A DNA stretch of 64,000 nucleotides from the human T2T-CHM13v2.0 reference genome, Homo sapiens, in assembly GCF_009914755.1 (NCBI RefSeq), contig NC_060934.1. One strand, 5' to 3'. Of the stretch, positions 58,577 through 64,000 are shown in pieces. Both the position numbers and the translations under genes were made by a program. The notes below the pieces were generated by a model. The model searched no databases. It saw only the letters and a program-made list of their open reading frames with translations, and was not told the origin of the DNA. The stretch's first letter is position 1, and each line of letters opens with the position of its first letter.

Positions 58577-58993
58577 TGCTAAAGAAAAATAAAAATGAAG
58601 GCCACAATTTAGATATAACCCAAGGCCACCCATGACCACATAGCCAAAACCAAGTCATCCTGATTTTCCAGAAACACTAGCTCTAATCATAAATGAAACA
58701 CAAAAACATAAGCTTTACCTCCTTGTCCGCGTGATTCAGGGAAATGAAACCAATCAGCTGTAGACAAATCAACATAAATATCTCTACTTGCCCTAGAGAA
58801 GAATGTTAATGCATAATAGCCAATCACCAAAAAAGGTCAAAATACTTCCGCCTTTATAAACTGTCTTGTGACTGCTGTAAGCGGGGGCTTCTTACCATTT
58901 TCAGTTTGAAGTCTCCCAGCTCAAGGACTGTTCTTTTGTGTGCAGAGCAAATTTTTAAAAATTAAAAAATTTGATCTGATTATATTTTTGACA
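58577..58993 (+). mobile_element. Probable ERV LTR (family not identified)
   Basis: TG...CA ends, two CCAAT boxes and TTTATAAA, interrupts an antisense L1M; no TSD seen. Confidence 0.5.
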
Positions 58994-59454
58994 TTTTAAA
59001 AATTATATTCCAGGCTGGGAATGCAGTGAAGAACAATACAACTTTCCATCAGAAGCAAATGAGAATTCCCCTATTACACGTATTCAGTGTTGCCAATTGC
59101 TTTAATGTTTGCAAATCTGCTGAATATGAAATTTTACCTTGTTTTAATTAACATATGCTTGACAACTAGTAAGACTGAACATCTTGCATAGTTATTGACT
59201 ATTTGAGTTTCCTCTTCCGTGGATTGTCTATTCATATCATCTACCCATTTTTCTAATAGGGAGTTTCTCTTTTTCCCTCAGTTGGTTTTGTTTTATTTTT
59301 GAAAACAGACATGGTGGCCTGTTAGGCACTTTTAAAATGCATATCCTTTATTTAGATCCTGGAGATTTATTATTATTTAATAATATATAGCGAGTTTATT
59401 GAAGGACAACATTTCTAATTACATAAGTAATCACCTTTCATTTTCTGTCATCAG

Positions 59455-59587
59455 GGAAATTGCTTCTTTTGTTCCAAAGAAGGTTGCCCAACAATGGGTC
59501 ATTTTGCTGATAGATTTCACTTCAAAAATATGAAGACTAATGGATCACATTATTTTTTAAACACAGGGTCCCTTTCCCCATTTGCCC
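59455..59587 (+). CDS. PNLIPRP3: PNLIPRP3 coding exon 9 GNCFFCSKEGCPTMGHFAD...TGSLSPFA(R)
   Basis: acceptor ttttctgtcatcag, 133 nt, donor C|GTAAGT; C..C...GCP.MG motif. Confidence 0.96.
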
Positions 59588-60735
59588 GTAAGTATCATAG
59601 CTAAGTTTAATTGTAATGCTTTAAGGTACTTATCTTTAAAAATTCAACAGTTTTTATTGAGTGTCTACTAAATAACTGGGCATTAGGCCAGACTGGGATT
59701 TCAGTGAAGAACAACACAGTGAGGTCTTTAATTGAGTTTAGGCTAGTGGGAAAGACAGCAAGTAAAATCTCAGTTCCAATCCTGCGTAATAAACTTTCTC
59801 TTAGGAAACATTCAAGATATGTGCAGAGCATAAAGGTCAGAGAGCCTTTCGAGGAAAAGAGATTTCTAAGCTGACTCCTGAAGGATGAGTAAGAGGGAGA
59901 AGGGAAGTATTCCAGGCAGAAGTGACCACGTCTGTAAATGCCTGGAAGTAAGAGAGAGCAGAAACTGAAAGAAGGCCCTGCCAGGATTGTAGAGACCGGG
60001 AGGACAGTGATAGCAGATGAAGTGGGAGAGACAAATCAGGTCAGATCATGAGGCAAGGGCCTTGTGTCCCAAGTGGAGAGGTTGGGCTTTGTCTGTGGGT
60101 GAATGGAAAGCCATTGAAGGGTATTAAGAATTACCAGATTATTTTTATTTTTAGAAAAATCACTTTAGTTTCTGCATGGATTAGAAGGCCACAAGATGGA
60201 AGCAGGGTGCCTGTTACACAATTATTGCCACAATTCAGGCAAAAAAAAAAAAAAATAGAAGTAGAGAGGTTGCAAAGATAGTTAGAAGGTGGAAGCAAAA
60301 TGGACCTAGGTGAATGGATTTAAAAATGCAGAAAAGCAAGGAGTCAAGGACAATTCTGGCTGTGGATGAGCTGTCATTCTCTGAGCTTGACGACACAGGA
60401 AGAAAGGCTAGTTTGGAGCAAGATGATAGGCTAGTTTCTCACATGTTACGTTGGAGCTGCCTTTAGGGTTTGAGAGTGTGTGTGCACCATGAGGCAGGTA
60501 GAGATACGGATCTCAGCCTCTGGAAATGGATGTGTTCTACAGATAGAGAGTTGGGAGTCACTCAGACGGTAGTCAGTGTGGTGAAAGTGGATGACATCAT
60601 TACCCAAGAAGAATGTGCCAGATAAGAAGTAAAGATAGCAGAGAAAGAGGCCCCTGCAAAGGAGACTGAAGAATGGGCAGAGAGAAGGAAGACCAGCAAA
60701 GCTTATCGTTAAAAGAGCCAAGGAAAGAAAGTTGA

Positions 60736-61078
<343 letters not shown>

Positions 61079-62038
61079 CACACCAAATATTTTTATGACT
61101 TCTAAAAATGGAAGTCCTGTGTCTTCTTTTGTCTATTTCCTTTGTATTGTGGTCAAATGAGACAGGGCCCCATAGAGGCTCATTGGATGAAGAAACAGTT
61201 CAACCCTTAGTGAGCTTGGCTGGGGTGGTTTCAGTGGAGAGACAGCAGGGGGAGCCAGGTTCCAGTAGAATGGGCGGAGAAGAGAAAGAAAATTCTTTGG
61301 CAATGATTAACTCATGAATTAAAATTCCTCTCTGGTAGGTTTCTTTCCCCTTTCAATTATTTTCAAATAATCATATGAAGAATTGCATTTTTTCAGTTTG
61401 TTATTAAGCGTACAGTAATTTCAGAATTCAGAATAAAAGATCTGTTTAGCTCTAGATGTAAAAAGTCACATTTGGCCATTTGCAAGGGAATGATCTACTG
61501 ACAGATACTATATTGATCTGTATCTACGTGTACTGGGCATTCTTAGCACATATCCCTGCAGGAGAAGAAGAATGACTCACTTTGCCTCTAAATGATTATA
61601 AAAGCATACATCTTCTTGCCCAATTGGTTTCCTAGATTTTTCTGGATTAATTGTCACATTATGGCAAATAAAAACTTGGCTATAGAAAGTATACATACTA
61701 TATATATGCCACACAATACAAAGGAAATAGGCAAAAGAAGACACAGGACTTCCATTTTTAAAAGTCATAAAAATGCCTGGAAAAATAAATAATTTTCTTT
61801 TAAAATATTATTAAACTATTTATTCTGGAAAATTAAAATGTGACCCATAATGTGTATTTTTAAACGTAGTTTTTCACCAAATTCACTGAAACTAAAGTTG
61901 TATTTTTGCATGAATATGTGCAGCACTGTTCAAATACAACCCTGAAAATTTTATTTCCATTAAAGGATCCAGGAAGTCATACTTCCCATGTGTTTTTAAC
62001 CCTTTCTCTCCCTTTCCTTCTTGTTTCCTTATATCTAG

Positions 62039-62150
62039 GTTGGAGGCACAAATTGTCTGTTAAACTCAGTGGAAGCGAAGTCACTCAAGGAACTGTCTTT
62101 CTTCGTGTAGGCGGGGCAATTGGGAAAACTGGGGAGTTTGCCATTGTCAG
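62039..62150 (+). CDS. PNLIPRP3: PNLIPRP3 coding exon 10 (R)WRHKLSVKLSG...GEFAIV(S), start of C-terminal PLAT domain
   Basis: long pyrimidine tract + tctag acceptor, 112 nt, donor AG|GTAGGC. Confidence 0.95.
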
Positions 62151-62375
62151 GTAGGCAGAGTGAGCAACTGACGCTTTGCACAGTGCTGGGGGCTCAGTAA
62201 CACTAAGTGAGACTGGCTCAGTAAGCTGTTTAGTCTTCTCTTTTCCTACAATTCCACAGGCTACCATGGTATCTTTGATTTTTCTTTTTACTTCATGTTT
62301 TCCAAATATAAAGTAGAAATCATAATATGTATTTTCTCTACAGTTCCAACTAGAAACAGAAAATGTTAGGAAGTG

Positions 62376-62537
62376 ATAACATGAAAATACAGATCTAGAT
62401 AATAGAGCAAGTGGAAAAAACTGACGGTATTCAAGATATATTTTTAATCCCATTCACTTAATATTATACAAATATAAGCATATATTTTTATTTGTGTCAG
62501 TAACAAATAAGACATTTATATAAATTGCTAAATTTCT
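62376..62537 (+). repeat. Dispersed duplication, partner 63619-63785
   Basis: ataacatgaaaa.acagatctagataa...ttgctaaatttct in both copies, roughly 85% identical. Confidence 0.9.
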
Positions 62538-63754
62538 AATAAGCTGTGTAAGCATTACCCACAGATACAGGACATGTGTTAGAATAGTCAGAGGTTAAAA
62601 ATAATCCAGTTCAGATGTTCATTTTGTATCTTTTGCTAAACCCTCCTTTTATCTTGAAATTTTCTTAATCTTTTATTTGTTCAGCCTTAGCATTTTTGTA
62701 TTATGTTCATGTCCATTATTTTATTCTGTAATTTATGTCAGAATTAACATTATACCTACTAATTAGATGCAACCTTTTCTGCAAACAGATGAATGTATTA
62801 GGTGTTTTATCTCTGTGATTTCCATCATCCTCAAACACTGGGCACAGGCACGAAAAGCAGAGATTTTGTGGTTATTTTGTCAGTTGAGAGATGCATCCGT
62901 TTTATCACTGGCAGAGTTTCTGCAGGTCATCTTGCCTTGGTCCAACTGCCTGTAAATATAAGCTCAGTGAATGATGATCTGGATCCTGATTGGTGCACAG
63001 GCTCCAGCCCACCCTTCTCCTAACCATGTCTCCCACCATTTGACTTTATTCCACCTTCAGTTCAGCGAGGCTACACTGTTTGCACTACCCAGTACTGAAT
63101 AGATCCTACCCTTACCTTTCTGCAGGACTTCACCCATGCTGTTTCTTTGCTGCAGATACTTTTTCCTGTCTGCTATTTTGTTTCTACCTCTTCTTCATGG
63201 CTCCATCAAGCCTCCCTCTGAGAGCAGTTCAGCATAATCATGTGCCTGTGGTTTTGAGGCTCACAGGACGCTGGGTAAAGCTGTGTGATTTGTGCCCTGC
63301 ACAGAGGCATCTAACCTGGGGCAGCTGGTGATGAATATGCAGTTTCTGCCTCTTTTAAGATTTGTGAGAGCGTTTCCACATCTCTGTTCTTTTGATAACG
63401 GCCGAAGAAGCTGTTTGTAATGCTGTTGCATAGTTACCCAATCCTCTTTTAAGAATAAGTAAGCATTGAAGGTTCACAGCAGATGTGTCATCTTGAAATG
63501 AAGTCAGCTAGCTAAATTTGTATGCTGGTTTAGTTCTATTCTTCAAACAAGTTTTATAAGTCCAGCTTCTCCATGCTCATGGATAGGCAGAATCAATATC
63601 ATTAAAATGGCAATATCAATAACATGAAAAGACAGATCTAGATAATTGAGCAAGTGGAAACAAAATGATGGTATATAAGGTATATTTTTAATCCCATCCA
63701 TTTAATACTATACAAATGTAAGCATATATTTTTACTTGTGCAACTCACAAATAA

Positions 63755-64000
<246 letters not shown>

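Overview
AT-rich primate (most likely human, recalled as chr10q25.3) genomic DNA. About 18 kb of repeat-rich upstream sequence is followed by the first 10 coding exons of PNLIPRP3 (pancreatic lipase-related protein 3) on the + strand, from ATG 18347 to 62150; the remaining 3' exons lie beyond the window. All ten exons splice GT-AG into one open frame (1172 nt, 390 codons + 2 nt) encoding a signal peptide and an intact Ser168-Asp191-His279 triad. Intron 2 holds an antisense HMGB3 processed pseudogene. The rest is Alu, L1, L2, MIR, MaLR/ERV LTRs and DNA-transposon fossils. I see no new multi-gene system. The most unusual signal is a set of short local copy events: four dispersed 107-297 bp duplications 1.2-3.2 kb from their partners (one splits an Alu monomer; one is a second copy of most of exon 3 with its splice donor), plus fold-back inverted repeats including a perfect 50-bp-arm hairpin in intron 3. 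Repeat subfamily names are recognised by eye and need RepeatMasker/Dfam confirmation.
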